A stretch of DNA of 64,000 nucleotides from Escherichia phage vB_EcoM_phAPEC6. The notes under the pieces were generated by a model. That model had not been told where the DNA came from, did not search any database, and saw only the letters and a list, made by a program, of their open reading frames with translations. The translations under genes were made by a program, and so were the position numbers. Positions 37,392-48,174 of this stretch are shown here, piece after piece. The stretch is taken from the sequence record MK817115.1. One strand, 5' to 3'. Every line of letters begins with the position of its first letter. The stretch's first letter is position 1.

Positions 37392-37973
37392 TTAATCCAT
37401 CATAAGTGGGATAATTGCCCATATCTTTTTCATAATCATATCTTCAGTAAAAACAAATGTTTTAGGAGCAGTATATGATATTGACACACCAAATGGAAGT
37501 TTGATTGCATCATCAATTATATTATGAATATCAAACCATGTTTTAACATAATCATACGGTGGAAGTTCATGAATTGTACTTAACTGAAAGTAATTCTCTT
37601 CACCAAAATCACTATATTCAATTTCACAAATTTTAGTGAATTGATGATTCCATTTAGATATAATACTATTTTTATTATTGTACATAGTAGTTCTATGCAT
37701 AAAACCATTTTTGCTAGTATGATTTGATATTACGTTTTCTTCAATGTCAGTATCTATTTTAAAATTCATATCAAAGTTGTAGTACGGACTTGACGATTCT
37801 TTGAATTTTAAATGTAAATTGCGATTGTTATTAATTTCAATTTCAATACAAAACACATCTGAATCAAAACGATTAAACTTGTAATCGTTATCTTCCGGTA
37901 GATTCTGTATTTTTTTCATAATACTAAGCATAGGGTGTACTACACTTTTAATAAAATCATTTGTTATTTTCAT
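37392..37973 (-). CDS. EE-FQ family paralogue
   Basis: EENYFQLSTIHE. Confidence 0.55.
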   Translation of the reverse strand: MKITNDFIKSVVHPMLSIMKKIQNLPEDNDYKFNRFDSDVFCIEIEINNNRNLHLKFKESSSPYYNFDMNFKIDTDIEENVISNHTSKNGFMHRTTMYNNKNSIISKWNHQFTKICEIEYSDFGEENYFQLSTIHELPPYDYVKTWFDIHNIIDDAIKLPFGVSISYTAPKTFVFTEDMIMKKIWAIIPLMMD

Positions 37974-38466
37974 AGTATTCCTTTAGAACTTTATATGATT
38001 CAACAATACTATCTTGTGTATAATTTGAACTATATACAACAGCACTTGTTTTAGTTGACCATAGATATGACATAAAGGTTATAACACTACTACATGGACT
38101 TAATGTATTGTTTTGAAATTCAATTTCTTCAATGTTATCAGTACTGGTATAGATGAATTGGAAAGTACCCATTGATTTATTGGACAGCGATACTATAGTA
38201 GAATCCGTACCAGGACTATACATGAATGTCTCATTACTAATTGAACTATCATTAGTATATGATGGTTTGGGAATATAAATCAAACGCATGATATCGCGTT
38301 CAAGACCTGACTTATTACTTTCCACCAAAGAAATCATATCTATATTTGATATATGTTCAACACTGACATGGAACTTTTTGTCGAGAATCACATCTCCATG
38401 AGAATTTTTATATGAAGACAAAATCTCATACATCTCAACTAATTCGCGTGCATTTAATAAACTCAT
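37957..38466 (-). CDS. EE-FQ family paralogue (divergent)
   Basis: EEIEFQNNTLS. Confidence 0.5.
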   Translation of the reverse strand: MSLLNARELVEMYEILSSYKNSHGDVILDKKFHVSVEHISNIDMISLVESNKSGLERDIMRLIYIPKPSYTNDSSISNETFMYSPGTDSTIVSLSNKSMGTFQFIYTSTDNIEEIEFQNNTLSPCSSVITFMSYLWSTKTSAVVYSSNYTQDSIVESYKVLKEYYENNK

Positions 38467-38891
38467 GTTTTGTCTCTTAATGAAAGAATATCCTTAGTAT
38501 AAACTGAAACAGAAATATGATTATATTTCATCATTAATTTATACACATAAGAAGCTAGTACTAAATCGTAAATTAATTTAGTATTATACAGTACTTGGTA
38601 TTGTAACGCAAGTGAATCAATATCATCTTTACTTTCAATATCCAGAAATGTACCGAAAAATGTAGTACCGTAGAGATGAAAAGTGGAATTAATGCAATCA
38701 ATGCATTCATTGTCCAATAGAGTAGATGCTGATGCCCTCGGTGAATCCCAAATAGTCACTGCGTGTATGCCCTCAACGAACAAATCTATCCATATTTTGT
38801 GTCGTTGTCTTTTTTTTGTTTTATAATTTTCTGGATTTGAAAGTGTAGTTTCAATTATATCCCATATGTACAAACAATCATCTCTTGTCAT
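38463..38891 (-). CDS. hypothetical protein
   Basis: ORF track. Confidence 0.45.
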   Translation of the reverse strand: MTRDDCLYIWDIIETTLSNPENYKTKKRQRHKIWIDLFVEGIHAVTIWDSPRASASTLLDNECIDCINSTFHLYGTTFFGTFLDIESKDDIDSLALQYQVLYNTKLIYDLVLASYVYKLMMKYNHISVSVYTKDILSLRDKT

Positions 38892-39469
38892 TGTAGCACC
38901 TTATCCATTGCTGCATTTAATGCTTTTAAACGATCAACATTCAAAGTATTGAAGATGTACGTTCCTAAAATGTGGAAATCGAATTGGTTCTTTTTGTATG
39001 TATGATAAATTAAACTACAAAAAACAACAGTACTAAGAACCTCTTCAGGTATAACAGTGCTCATCTGGAACAGTTCTTCTTCAACTGTACTTGAATCTGG
39101 ATTGATAGCTTTTAACACATACTCTTCATCACCGAATAGTACTTTAATATTATATAAAACACCAATAGTACTAATATGGAATGGGTGATGTGAAAAACTT
39201 CCATCATCCTTAATTTGTATATCGGTTCTAATCTCACACTCTTCATTACTTTTACTTTTATTTTTTACAATACAAATATTTCTGGCCCCAGAAATAGTAA
39301 GAATACCGTGGTCGTAATATTCATTTGACCAACATTTAGATGAAATTGATACATCACGGATGAGATATTGTTTTTCAATTTCTTTCGCACTACCAACAAT
39401 TGATAGCATTTTTTTACTGATATCATATAATAACTGATGGCGTTCTGTCATATAACTATAAGCGTTCAT
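38888..39469 (-). CDS. EE-FQ family paralogue
   Basis: EEELFQMSTVI. Confidence 0.55.
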   Translation of the reverse strand: MNAYSYMTERHQLLYDISKKMLSIVGSAKEIEKQYLIRDVSISSKCWSNEYYDHGILTISGARNICIVKNKSKSNEECEIRTDIQIKDDGSFSHHPFHISTIGVLYNIKVLFGDEEYVLKAINPDSSTVEEELFQMSTVIPEEVLSTVVFCSLIYHTYKKNQFDFHILGTYIFNTLNVDRLKALNAAMDKVLQ

Positions 39470-40040
39470 ATTTTTCCTTAACAGATTCTATATTTTGAAG
39501 TAGTGTATTCAGAACATCAGTCTTGCAATTGATAAAATCATTGTACATAACTAGTTCACCACAATCAAGAATTTTTGCAGTATCGTAACAAAGCATTAAG
39601 TACTCGAATTCTTTGTAATTGTCCAACAAGGATTTCTGGAAAATGAATGCATCTCGAATATCTTCACTTTGGTCTAATTCTGGTGGAACATCCAACCCAA
39701 TAAATCCATCATCTTCACTGAAATTAGATTCTACAATTTTATTCATTTTTTCATGTAATGCATTCGCAAATACCATATTAGAAGAAATAGAACCAATACG
39801 TTCACGATTTCTGGATGTGCGAATGTACATAGTAATCGTATCCCATGAACTTTTAATTTTTTTAGAAAATTCATAAGTTTTATATACATCCAACTGAACT
39901 GATCCAAAACGATGTTTGGATTTGTTTTCAATTTTCAGTCGATAATCATCAAATTCAACAATTTCTGTAATGTCATGAATCTCTGAAAGTTCTGCAATGT
40001 CATGCATGAGTCTCAAAATTTTAGTTCTGATATGGTTCAT
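39456..40040 (-). CDS. EE-FQ family paralogue
   Basis: RDAFIFQKSLLD. Confidence 0.5.
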   Translation of the reverse strand: MNHIRTKILRLMHDIAELSEIHDITEIVEFDDYRLKIENKSKHRFGSVQLDVYKTYEFSKKIKSSWDTITMYIRTSRNRERIGSISSNMVFANALHEKMNKIVESNFSEDDGFIGLDVPPELDQSEDIRDAFIFQKSLLDNYKEFEYLMLCYDTAKILDCGELVMYNDFINCKTDVLNTLLQNIESVKEKYERL

Positions 40041-40615
40041 TGTGCATCCTCGAATTTAACAGGTACATGTTCATTAATGAAATTCTTAAGAGCCTGTACT
40101 AAATCCTCTAATTCTTTTGTACTGTATTTTAAAATAGTTTTAAAGTGAATCAAATCTTTTCTTTCCATGATCTTTGGAATTTTATATGCTAACTCTAAAC
40201 AGCGTACAGTACTGGCATCATACAAAAGGTTTGCGTTGAACATTAGAACATTGTATTCATCAGATGAAATTTTATAATTATATGTATCAATCACTTCATG
40301 TGTGTATAAATTCTTATACACAATTTTATTCTCACTGAAGTTTGAGCAAACACACAGATGATCGTTGTAAAATGAAGAACGATAATCTTGTTTACGTTGT
40401 ACATCTGCTATGATTTGTAATACTGTATATTTTTCTTCAGAATCCAACTCAATGTTAGCATAACTGCTCGCAGTTTCAGATACAAGGATATTGATGTTAT
40501 ATTTCTCATTAACTTTAATGTACTGGCGTGAGCCAGTATCAGGAATGAACTTAAAACAATGCTTCAGAAGTAATGTGACTTCTTTAATTAATTCAGTACT
40601 CATAGATTCCTCCAA
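40037..40615 (-). CDS. hypothetical protein
   Basis: ORF track. Confidence 0.45.
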   Translation of the reverse strand: MEESMSTELIKEVTLLLKHCFKFIPDTGSRQYIKVNEKYNINILVSETASSYANIELDSEEKYTVLQIIADVQRKQDYRSSFYNDHLCVCSNFSENKIVYKNLYTHEVIDTYNYKISSDEYNVLMFNANLLYDASTVRCLELAYKIPKIMERKDLIHFKTILKYSTKELEDLVQALKNFINEHVPVKFEDAQ

Positions 40616-40669
40616 CTCTAGTTAAAATCAAGTATAACACACCTGAATGCTCTTGTAAAGCCATAAACA

Positions 40670-40690
40670 CAAAAAGACCCATACGGGTCT
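40670..40690 (-). terminator. rho-independent terminator directly after 40691..41257
   Basis: AGACCC-ATAC-GGGTCT with flanking A-run and T-run. Confidence 0.55.
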
Positions 40691-41257
40691 TTATTTTGGT
40701 AAAACACTGTCAATGTACGCTAGAACCTCATCTCGAAGGTACGTTCCATCTATAGTTAGGTAATAGTTCATGGGAATATCACTCCCAACCTTCTCATAAA
40801 TTTTCATACATGATATCACATCTTCATCACAAATGGTACTCAATTGAAAAAGAACTTCATCGGTTAACGGTACGATATCATGTTTAGATAGGGGATTTGT
40901 ATTTTCATTCAACACAATATTAATCAAGTTAGGAGTATTCTTTGACGAAATATAACGATGCTTACTACGAATTACCATTCTCGATAGTGAAATACTGGAA
41001 CTCCATCTTGGATCAACATCTTCATATGATAACGATATTAACATCTCGTGAAAATCTTGAAATTTCATTGACGCATAATATGTTTTATCCTCACCGTACA
41101 TACCAAATGATTTAAATTCAATATCCCCCACTTTGTATGTATCGACATCATTATTTGAGAACTTTATTAAACTATTAATTAGTCTAATTAGAATATCATC
41201 TTTATCCATTCTTAAATAACTCCAAGTGCATGTCGTATAAATCTCTGAAGTCTTCAT
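40691..41257 (-). CDS. EE-FQ family paralogue
   Basis: DEVLFQLSTICD. Confidence 0.55.
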   Translation of the reverse strand: MKTSEIYTTCTWSYLRMDKDDILIRLINSLIKFSNNDVDTYKVGDIEFKSFGMYGEDKTYYASMKFQDFHEMLISLSYEDVDPRWSSSISLSRMVIRSKHRYISSKNTPNLINIVLNENTNPLSKHDIVPLTDEVLFQLSTICDEDVISCMKIYEKVGSDIPMNYYLTIDGTYLRDEVLAYIDSVLPK

Positions 41258-41765
41258 AGAAATCTTTTTCTACCAGAATATCCTTTAAACTAGGAAACTC
41301 TTCCATAATTTCTTCTATATCCGATTCTATGAAAAACCCTGATGGTTTATCGTAGTTTTGTAACAGATAACTGAAAGTAATAATGTAAAGAAGTTCATTA
41401 GGATTGTGAATTAAACTTAGCTGGAACATAGCTGATTCTAAATCGGATTCAGTACTAAGATCAACCCAACGTGAATTTCTATAATCAATTCGTACTTGAC
41501 TTGTATTTGGATTCCATGTGAAGCAATGTGTACCAATATGACCTATACAACCAACCCTTGTACTGTCTCCGGTATCAACACTGATATCAACAAATAGTTC
41601 AACACAGATATCGGATGATGTTACACGACCTTTTTTCAGAAATAAATCATTATCCTTACGAAATTGTTTGGATGAAAGAGTGTCAATGATGCACATCAAT
41701 GTTTTTGCAAATGCAACACAATGACGAAATTCAAGCCTATGAAATTGGTAATCATTGATATTCAT
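41202..41765 (-). CDS. EE-FQ family paralogue
   Basis: ESAMFQLSLIHN. Confidence 0.55.
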   Translation of the reverse strand: MNINDYQFHRLEFRHCVAFAKTLMCIIDTLSSKQFRKDNDLFLKKGRVTSSDICVELFVDISVDTGDSTRVGCIGHIGTHCFTWNPNTSQVRIDYRNSRWVDLSTESDLESAMFQLSLIHNPNELLYIITFSYLLQNYDKPSGFFIESDIEEIMEEFPSLKDILVEKDFYEDFRDLYDMHLELFKNG

Positions 41766-42304
41766 AATTCAACCCCCAATATTTTATCAGCAATTGATAT
41801 AACCTTATCATTGAATACATTACCAATCTCAATCCTTATATACATAGCAGGTGGAATCTTTCCTTGTAGTGAATAATATGTTTGTATACCTAAGTACTCA
41901 TTATCTGATAATGAAAATTTGATTCTCTCCATATCAATGTCTGTTACTGGTAAATCAATCATTTCATAATGGTAGTCAACGTTTTCAGTGTATATTTTAT
42001 CGAAGTAATTTGAATAATCACTACTAATATAGATGCTATCATCACGAATAATCACTTTATAATCAGAAGGTTCAAATTTATCTTTAGAAGAAAAGAATGC
42101 ATCATCTATCTTCTCTTCTCTTATACCGAATAACATTTTACCATCATATTTTACATCAAGAATACTACCTAGTATATTAATGGTACAATGCTCATCAATA
42201 TTATGACGTAAAGAACGAGTCTTGTATTTTGGGTTAATGAAAATTTTCATTAATTTTATACAAATGTCAGTAATGCATTTTACATTCTCATTTTCTATGT
42301 ACAT
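41762..42304 (-). CDS. hypothetical protein
   Basis: ORF track. Confidence 0.45.
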   Translation of the reverse strand: MYIENENVKCITDICIKLMKIFINPKYKTRSLRHNIDEHCTINILGSILDVKYDGKMLFGIREEKIDDAFFSSKDKFEPSDYKVIIRDDSIYISSDYSNYFDKIYTENVDYHYEMIDLPVTDIDMERIKFSLSDNEYLGIQTYYSLQGKIPPAMYIRIEIGNVFNDKVISIADKILGVEL

Positions 42305-42791
42305 TAAAAGCCCTCTTTAATTCTTTTACATTTTTAATGAATACTTTCATTGCAGAAATCTCAAAAGATAATGTATTAAATTTGCAGTACTTTTTAAAGT
42401 ACGACATTATGAATAACATTTTGAGTTCTTTTTCTGTATAAATTAAACTGTTTTGAAAGTAACTTTCTTCGGAAATGTCCGTAAGAAAAGAATAAAATGT
42501 ATTTTGCTTGTGCACAATTTTAATACTATCAGACCAAGATTTGTATGAAACGTAATCAGTACGTGCAAAATCATATAGTGAATTAGATGTATCTGTGTAT
42601 GTTTCCGAGAACACAATCTTATATATCTTATCTTGAATTCGAGAACATATGTACCTATGGTCATCTGTCTCACTGATTGCAATGTATCTATGGAGTAAAT
42701 CTTTATGAGCATTGATGAACTCAAACACTTCTAAACACTCCTTAGCGAACTTCATAGTTTCTCTGTACTTTCGGTTCATTAGTCTCTCCAA
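42288..42791 (-). CDS. EE-FQ family paralogue
   Basis: EESYFQNSLIYT. Confidence 0.55.
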   Translation of the reverse strand: MERLMNRKYRETMKFAKECLEVFEFINAHKDLLHRYIAISETDDHRYICSRIQDKIYKIVFSETYTDTSNSLYDFARTDYVSYKSWSDSIKIVHKQNTFYSFLTDISEESYFQNSLIYTEKELKMLFIMSYFKKYCKFNTLSFEISAMKVFIKNVKELKRAFNVHRK

Positions 42792-43192
42792 ACTTTACCA
42801 GGGAAGTGTTTCTCGTAGTACTCATCATCACTTAACATATAATCAGGAGTTTCTACTTCTATGGTTTTGAAGATTGTTTCTGGAATGTGTGTGACTTTAT
42901 TGGGTTGTACTTTATGTTCGCGTAAAACCTTCTGTATCGCTCCTAGACGTTGTAAATCGATACATGTAGGAAAGACTAAGCTGTACTGAAATAACTCATC
43001 AGGGGTCATTATAGACACATCTTTAGCTTGTTTGATTTGATAATTAGTACTAATGAATATATCAAATCCTTGTACAGCATTATAGCTTACATAGGTTGTT
43101 TTATTTTTGTCAATAGGAGCACTTAAACGATATCCATATATCCCGTGTTGGTCAACAAGACAGCGTTGCATAATTTTAATCATTTCTAACAT
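42779..43192 (-). CDS. EE-FQ family paralogue
   Basis: PDELFQYSLVF. Confidence 0.55.
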   Translation of the reverse strand: MLEMIKIMQRCLVDQHGIYGYRLSAPIDKNKTTYVSYNAVQGFDIFISTNYQIKQAKDVSIMTPDELFQYSLVFPTCIDLQRLGAIQKVLREHKVQPNKVTHIPETIFKTIEVETPDYMLSDDEYYEKHFPGKVWRD

Positions 43193-43538
43193 AATTTACC
43201 TCATATGTATTGTAACACCACGGTTTAACAATATCGATTTGTATATCATTTGCTTCATGAAAATGTTTAAGTACCTTCTGGTATTCCATTATTTCGTACA
43301 CATCTTCAGTACTTATAGTGCTCTCCTGAAATAATTCCTCTTCTGATAAAGTACTATAATCAGGGATTTTTATTTCTGAATATATATCATTTATCTTTCC
43401 ATTATATTGATAAATCTGGATATAAAATTGATTGTATTCTGGAATATAGGTTACATAATGGTTGTGGTTGATTACATATCTTGAAACAAAGTATTCAGTA
43501 CCATCAGTCATGTACTGAATTGTTGTCGTATTTTGCAT
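43176..43538 (-). CDS. EE-FQ family paralogue
   Basis: EEELFQESTIS. Confidence 0.55.
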   Translation of the reverse strand: MQNTTTIQYMTDGTEYFVSRYVINHNHYVTYIPEYNQFYIQIYQYNGKINDIYSEIKIPDYSTLSEEELFQESTISTEDVYEIMEYQKVLKHFHEANDIQIDIVKPWCYNTYEVNYVRND

Positions 43539-43998
43539 TCAAATAATCCACGCATTTATAGTATACTGCTAAATCTAAAAAGAATCGTTGTTTGTATTTG
43601 TAATGATGAAGTAGTGCACCATAAAATAACATAGCATTAAGTACTTTTGTATCATTAATCAATGATTTCTGAAAGTACATTTCCTCTGACATGAATACTA
43701 AATCATTATATGGAACTTGTACTGCTTCTCTAAATGTATCAATATTAATCTTCAAATCAGACCCAGGGCAATATGAAATGTATTCTGCTTTGTAATGAAA
43801 GTCATTATTATCAAAGTACTCCGCGTAGATTTGATTACCTCTACCATTAGTAAATGCTAGTCTTCCTTTAGATGAACTGAACTCATCGTATTGAAACATA
43901 CCACCAAAAGGTTTAGGACTTCTGAACTCCTTTGCAATGCGATAGATATTTTCTGCAAATTCTAAAACACCATCGTAATCATATTCTGTAGTAATCAT
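43504..43998 (-). CDS. EE-FQ family paralogue
   Basis: EEMYFQKSLIND. Confidence 0.55.
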   Translation of the reverse strand: MITTEYDYDGVLEFAENIYRIAKEFRSPKPFGGMFQYDEFSSSKGRLAFTNGRGNQIYAEYFDNNDFHYKAEYISYCPGSDLKINIDTFREAVQVPYNDLVFMSEEMYFQKSLINDTKVLNAMLFYGALLHHYKYKQRFFLDLAVYYKCVDYLNAKYDNNSVHD

Positions 43999-44471
43999 AA
44001 ACCATTTTTCTCCAGGTACTCAATAATACAATCGACATTGTTCAGGTCCAAGTAGAAATGATCACTATCGGAATTTAGTTCATTTTTAAGGGCTGTTAAA
44101 ATCACTGAACTGAAAACAATCCTCTCTGGATACACAGTACTGTACTGGAAGAACTCTTCTTCAGTGTTAATTACAATCGTATCAAATGCTTCATTTATAA
44201 GAAGATGATTGTAGTATTTGAAATTATCTGAACTTGGGAAATGGTATGAAATAAAATCACCACTTGGTACTTCATCAAGCACTCTAATACTACAAGTTGA
44301 TTCATCTGAGCTATAGAGTAACCCATCCATAAAGGAAAGATATCCATTTCGTTTAATAACTTTATTTTTATCAATTAAAAAATCTTCAGTAACATTCGCA
44401 AGGAATTTATAAACCCTGATAATGTCTTTTGCTATTTTTTGTGCATTGCTAAATGATAGGTCTTTGGACAT
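43995..44471 (-). CDS. EE-FQ family paralogue
   Basis: EEEFFQYSTVYP. Confidence 0.55.
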   Translation of the reverse strand: MSKDLSFSNAQKIAKDIIRVYKFLANVTEDFLIDKNKVIKRNGYLSFMDGLLYSSDESTCSIRVLDEVPSGDFISYHFPSSDNFKYYNHLLINEAFDTIVINTEEEFFQYSTVYPERIVFSSVILTALKNELNSDSDHFYLDLNNVDCIIEYLEKNGL

Positions 44472-44530
44472 TGTGTTATAACCCTTTACAATTAATATAA
44501 AGGGATTATATCACAAAAAATCGGTGGGTG

Positions 44531-45115
44531 TCAAGAGTGGTTGCGAAGTTCTACCATTTCTTCCCAAACTAATTGGTAATCTTCTAAGTCCAGATAGAAG
44601 TCTTCATTCCAGTGCTCATGAAAGTACTTATACATGAATAGAACTCCTAAATCGTATGCAGGAAACAATAATGATAGTTGAAAGTAGTATTCCTGATTTA
44701 AAACTATATCAATAAACTCTAATGTACGTATGCCACCTTTCGATGAACGTATCTCAATGTGTGAGGTATCCTTCATACTGTAACACATGAAACCACCTCT
44801 AAATTCTGGATCATATTCACATTCGAACTGCTCACTGTTGTTATAGAAATCTCTCCCACTTTCTTGATCTTTCGGTCTACGTACTGATACATGAATATTT
44901 TTATCACGGTACATTGAACGATTTAGTATTTTCAAACATTTGAACTTATCTTCTTTAATGAACTTGATAATATCAATTATATCTTGTGCTGTACTGATAG
45001 CTGATTCGAATGTATCCAACTTAAGATGATTATATTGGGTTCCAGAGTTCATTTTTTTATCTAACATATAAACCTCATAATTCATACATTTTTGATTTGA
45101 ACTGCATATGACCAC
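44531..45115 (-). CDS. EE-FQ family paralogue
   Basis: QEYYFQLSLLF. Confidence 0.55.
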   Translation of the reverse strand: MVICSSNQKCMNYEVYMLDKKMNSGTQYNHLKLDTFESAISTAQDIIDIIKFIKEDKFKCLKILNRSMYRDKNIHVSVRRPKDQESGRDFYNNSEQFECEYDPEFRGGFMCYSMKDTSHIEIRSSKGGIRTLEFIDIVLNQEYYFQLSLLFPAYDLGVLFMYKYFHEHWNEDFYLDLEDYQLVWEEMVELRNHS

Positions 45116-45416
45116 CTATTTCACATGGATAACAATTCATAATTTTGTTCAATAGAATCTGGTATTTTTTAATAACTTCTATATCAATTTTTATATTACT
45201 ATTAAAAACTAATGATTCTTGAAATAATTCCCCCTCGTCAAGTGAAGTAAAATCATTTATCTTCAAGGGTATATTGTTGCATCGCAAGGAGAATGTATTT
45301 TCATCACGAATTAAAGTATAGAAATCATTATGTTTTTTATTATAATCAAATTTAACAAGTAGTAGTTTAATATGAGTAGCGTACATTACTTTAACTAATT
45401 CAGATTCACGTCGCAT
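45075..45416 (-). CDS. EE-FQ family paralogue
   Basis: EGELFQESLVFN. Confidence 0.55.
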   Translation of the reverse strand: MRRESELVKVMYATHIKLLLVKFDYNKKHNDFYTLIRDENTFSLRCNNIPLKINDFTSLDEGELFQESLVFNSNIKIDIEVIKKYQILLNKIMNCYPCEIGGHMQFKSKMYEL

Positions 45417-45838
45417 ACAATACCTCTCTTATGATGCAAACATTCTTGCATAATGTGTTGTATTTTTCGTAACAGAAACACATCCAGTTCATTAAAAACA
45501 GTACTGTACTGGAACATCTCTTCTTCCCCGTACTCAGTTAAATCATCAATTTCATCTCTAGAAACAGCTACAATATTAAAACCACGTGTACTACAATAAC
45601 CCTTAGTAAGATAATATATGTACTTGTACTCTCCGTTGATATCTAAGAGATCTTGTGTGATACAGAAGCTTTTGGGTGACAGTTTATCATCAGGAACCAT
45701 ATGCCTTGCTTGTACATAGCAACGGATACCATCACCTATACTATATGTAATAACTTCAAATTCAATCTTCATAGGTGAATATAATCCTTTTATATTGCTC
45801 AGGTGCAGTACTGAAACGTTTGATTGGATAATTATCAA
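45395..45838 (-). CDS. EE-FQ family paralogue
   Basis: EEEMFQYSTVFN. Confidence 0.55.
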   Translation of the reverse strand: MIIIQSNVSVLHLSNIKGLYSPMKIEFEVITYSIGDGIRCYVQARHMVPDDKLSPKSFCITQDLLDINGEYKYIYYLTKGYCSTRGFNIVAVSRDEIDDLTEYGEEEMFQYSTVFNELDVFLLRKIQHIMQECLHHKRGIVCDVNLN

Positions 45839-46124
45839 AGATTCTTTTCATTTCTTTCTGGATTAAACATAAGAAATCAAAGTTACAATCGTACTTATTA
45901 TCCCATACTAAACTTTCTTGGAATAACTCATCCTCTTGCATTAGTGTAGTGTCAATTACATCTTCACGGACATAGCTATATACTTCATAGCTCTTGAAGC
46001 CATCTTCTGATAATTCTAATTCATATGCAGCCATATCAAACATATCATCATGGTTTGTCTTCAAAGATATTAAACAAGTAACTAATTTTTTAGTTGTATA
46101 GTATGTAATACTTAATGTGTTCAT
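45762..46124 (-). CDS. EE-FQ family paralogue
   Basis: EDELFQESLVWD. Confidence 0.55.
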   Translation of the reverse strand: MNTLSITYYTTKKLVTCLISLKTNHDDMFDMAAYELELSEDGFKSYEVYSYVREDVIDTTLMQEDELFQESLVWDNKYDCNFDFLCLIQKEMKRIFDNYPIKRFSTAPEQYKRIIFTYED

Positions 46125-46129
46125 TTGTT

Positions 46130-46732
46130 TTATACCTCAGTATATAGCTTACAATAGCTTTCATCGAAATTACAAACACTTCTCAAGTACTGACACAGGT
46201 CATTGAAAATATTTACATTTGATATATATACATTATCAAATTCTGTTCGTTGAAAGAATGTATACATAGAATTTGTAATATATCGCATTGCATCTTCACG
46301 TCCCATAGTTATATCATTTGTGAACATTGCATCTTCATCAGTACTGATGTGTTCTATTTTAAATGATTTCATAAATGGAATACTCTTTCCTAGGGCATAA
46401 CCATCACCATATGATGCTTCTACTGCACCTTTGGAATAAAGGAATTGATATAAGTCCGAATCACGATTATAAAAAGTACGACATACGGAGGAACATAATT
46501 TATTATCTATATGAAATAAAAATCTTTTAGCATTTTTGTCTAATACTATTCGCAATGCATCACTCTCTAGAAATATATCACCATCAAGCATAAATGAGAA
46601 CTGTACTAATGCTTTTTCTAAATCCGCTCGTTTGTGATAAATCATTTCCTGCATATATATAATATCATTTGCTAATTTCTTAAAAAACAAATGCACATCT
46701 GCACTACAACATTTATTTGCATTTATTGACAT
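46130..46732 (-). CDS. hypothetical protein, divergent EE-FQ-like
   Basis: DEDAMFTNDITMG. Confidence 0.45.
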   Translation of the reverse strand: MSINANKCCSADVHLFFKKLANDIIYMQEMIYHKRADLEKALVQFSFMLDGDIFLESDALRIVLDKNAKRFLFHIDNKLCSSVCRTFYNRDSDLYQFLYSKGAVEASYGDGYALGKSIPFMKSFKIEHISTDEDAMFTNDITMGREDAMRYITNSMYTFFQRTEFDNVYISNVNIFNDLCQYLRSVCNFDESYCKLYTEV

Positions 46733-47283
46733 AATAGTTCCTTATACATATGATGTACTTTACAAATCTCATTATAGTATTTCATATCAATGTCATTTGT
46801 ATTAAAAACGGAAACAGACAATACTGCTAACTTATCAATTAAGTAATTATTATCGGCGTACTGTTTTAACTTATTGAACATATAGATGCATTTTATACTT
46901 AATTCATCATGCAACACACTGTTCTGAAAAATATTCTCTTCAGTATTAGGAGATAAGTAATCTTCAATTATATACGATAAACTACTATCGCAATCTTTAT
47001 AGATTGAAATTGATGGATGTAATGTGTCATACATTACACTAAACAGATCACCGTCATATGTGGATATTAAACTATTATTGGAAACAGTAGGATGATAATA
47101 TTTCAGTACTGAAAACTTTGAACAATCAGTGCAGTAAAAATGATCCATCCCTCGACGACTTTCGTATGAGAATAGTTTACTTGTATATTCAATCCCTTTG
47201 GTGCGACGGATTGTTTCATGCATTTCTGCACATTGCATTAAAATTACCATACGTTCAAACGCAAGATCTAAATCATCGTACAT
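46723..47283 (-). CDS. EE-FQ family paralogue
   Basis: EENIFQNSVLHD. Confidence 0.55.
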   Translation of the reverse strand: MYDDLDLAFERMVILMQCAEMHETIRRTKGIEYTSKLFSYESRRGMDHFYCTDCSKFSVLKYYHPTVSNNSLISTYDGDLFSVMYDTLHPSISIYKDCDSSLSYIIEDYLSPNTEENIFQNSVLHDELSIKCIYMFNKLKQYADNNYLIDKLAVLSVSVFNTNDIDMKYYNEICKVHHMYKELLCQ

Positions 47284-47464
47284 AACGGATATCCTTCTTC
47301 AACGAATTAATATATTCCAAAATAACTTGTTCCTGATATTGGGTTCCCAAGTACATCAGTACTTTCAACTCTTTGAATTCAGTACTATATGAGTCTGTTT
47401 GCATCATTCTAGTAGAATATATATTGAATAGTTTAGCAATATCATCTTGGTCTATTATTTTCAT
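47273..47464 (-). CDS. LGT-QE family small protein (dispersed copy)
   Basis: LMYLGTQYQEQVILEYINSL. Confidence 0.5.
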   Translation of the reverse strand: MKIIDQDDIAKLFNIYSTRMMQTDSYSTEFKELKVLMYLGTQYQEQVILEYINSLKKDIRYVR

Positions 47465-47660
47465 TAACCCTCTTCTGTATTAGTTCCTGTAAGTGCTGAA
47501 TATAACCCTTCATTGCAACATCCTGTTTGTTAGAGCCAACGAAGAACAAGAGCTTAAAGTCATGGTAATCCATTTTTGGTTTAGTAGTGAACCATATGTC
47601 CCACACTGCACTCACAGTTCTCATGTATTCAATTCGATTAAATGTTTTTGAATACTTCAT
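47442..47660 (-). CDS. LGT-QE family small protein (divergent)
   Basis: LFFVGSNKQDVAMKGYIQHL. Confidence 0.45.
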   Translation of the reverse strand: MKYSKTFNRIEYMRTVSAVWDIWFTTKPKMDYHDFKLLFFVGSNKQDVAMKGYIQHLQELIQKRVNENNRPR

Positions 47661-48174
47661 CGATGTTCATTGCCAATAAGTTAATATACAAATTACTGTT
47701 AAATGCTATCTGCAATTCCATATAGAACTGAATGATTGCATAGTCAGGGTCAGTACACGATAGTTGAAAACACTGTTCGTCGAATGCATTGTAATTGTAC
47801 TTAGGGATGTGAATTTCACGCTTCAAATCAGGTTGCCCCCACTTCATCGCGTACACACCAATGTTATTGTTCTTTTTCCTTTTCTTAAATGTTAATTGTT
47901 GAATATTTCCTGCGTTATCCAGGAAAATAGAATTATTCGACACAGGTGCACCAATAGAAAACAATGATGTATCAATTACGTGTTTCTCACGTACATCACA
48001 CTTCTGAAATGCACCTGTACCCTGTAATACACGATGAAAATTGTACTTCTCATTAACAACAGTACTAGGATCAATTAAACCAGTACTGCATTTTTTGAGT
48101 ACTGGTACGATGATACGAATCTTTTTTGATAAATCTTGTAATGCATCAAAGTCATTGATGTTAACTTTCATCAC
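47638..48174 (-). CDS. EE-FQ family paralogue
   Basis: DEQCFQLSCTD. Confidence 0.5.
   Translation of the reverse strand: MMKVNINDFDALQDLSKKIRIIVPVLKKCSTGLIDPSTVVNEKYNFHRVLQGTGAFQKCDVREKHVIDTSLFSIGAPVSNNSIFLDNAGNIQQLTFKKRKKNNNIGVYAMKWGQPDLKREIHIPKYNYNAFDEQCFQLSCTDPDYAIIQFYMELQIAFNSNLYINLLAMNIDEVFKNI

Noticed and set aside
44472-44530. Hairpin CCCTTTA-CAATTAA-TAAAGGG as a terminator
   Set aside because: No adjacent T-run on either strand; possibly a regulatory stem near the start of 43995..44471, not annotated.
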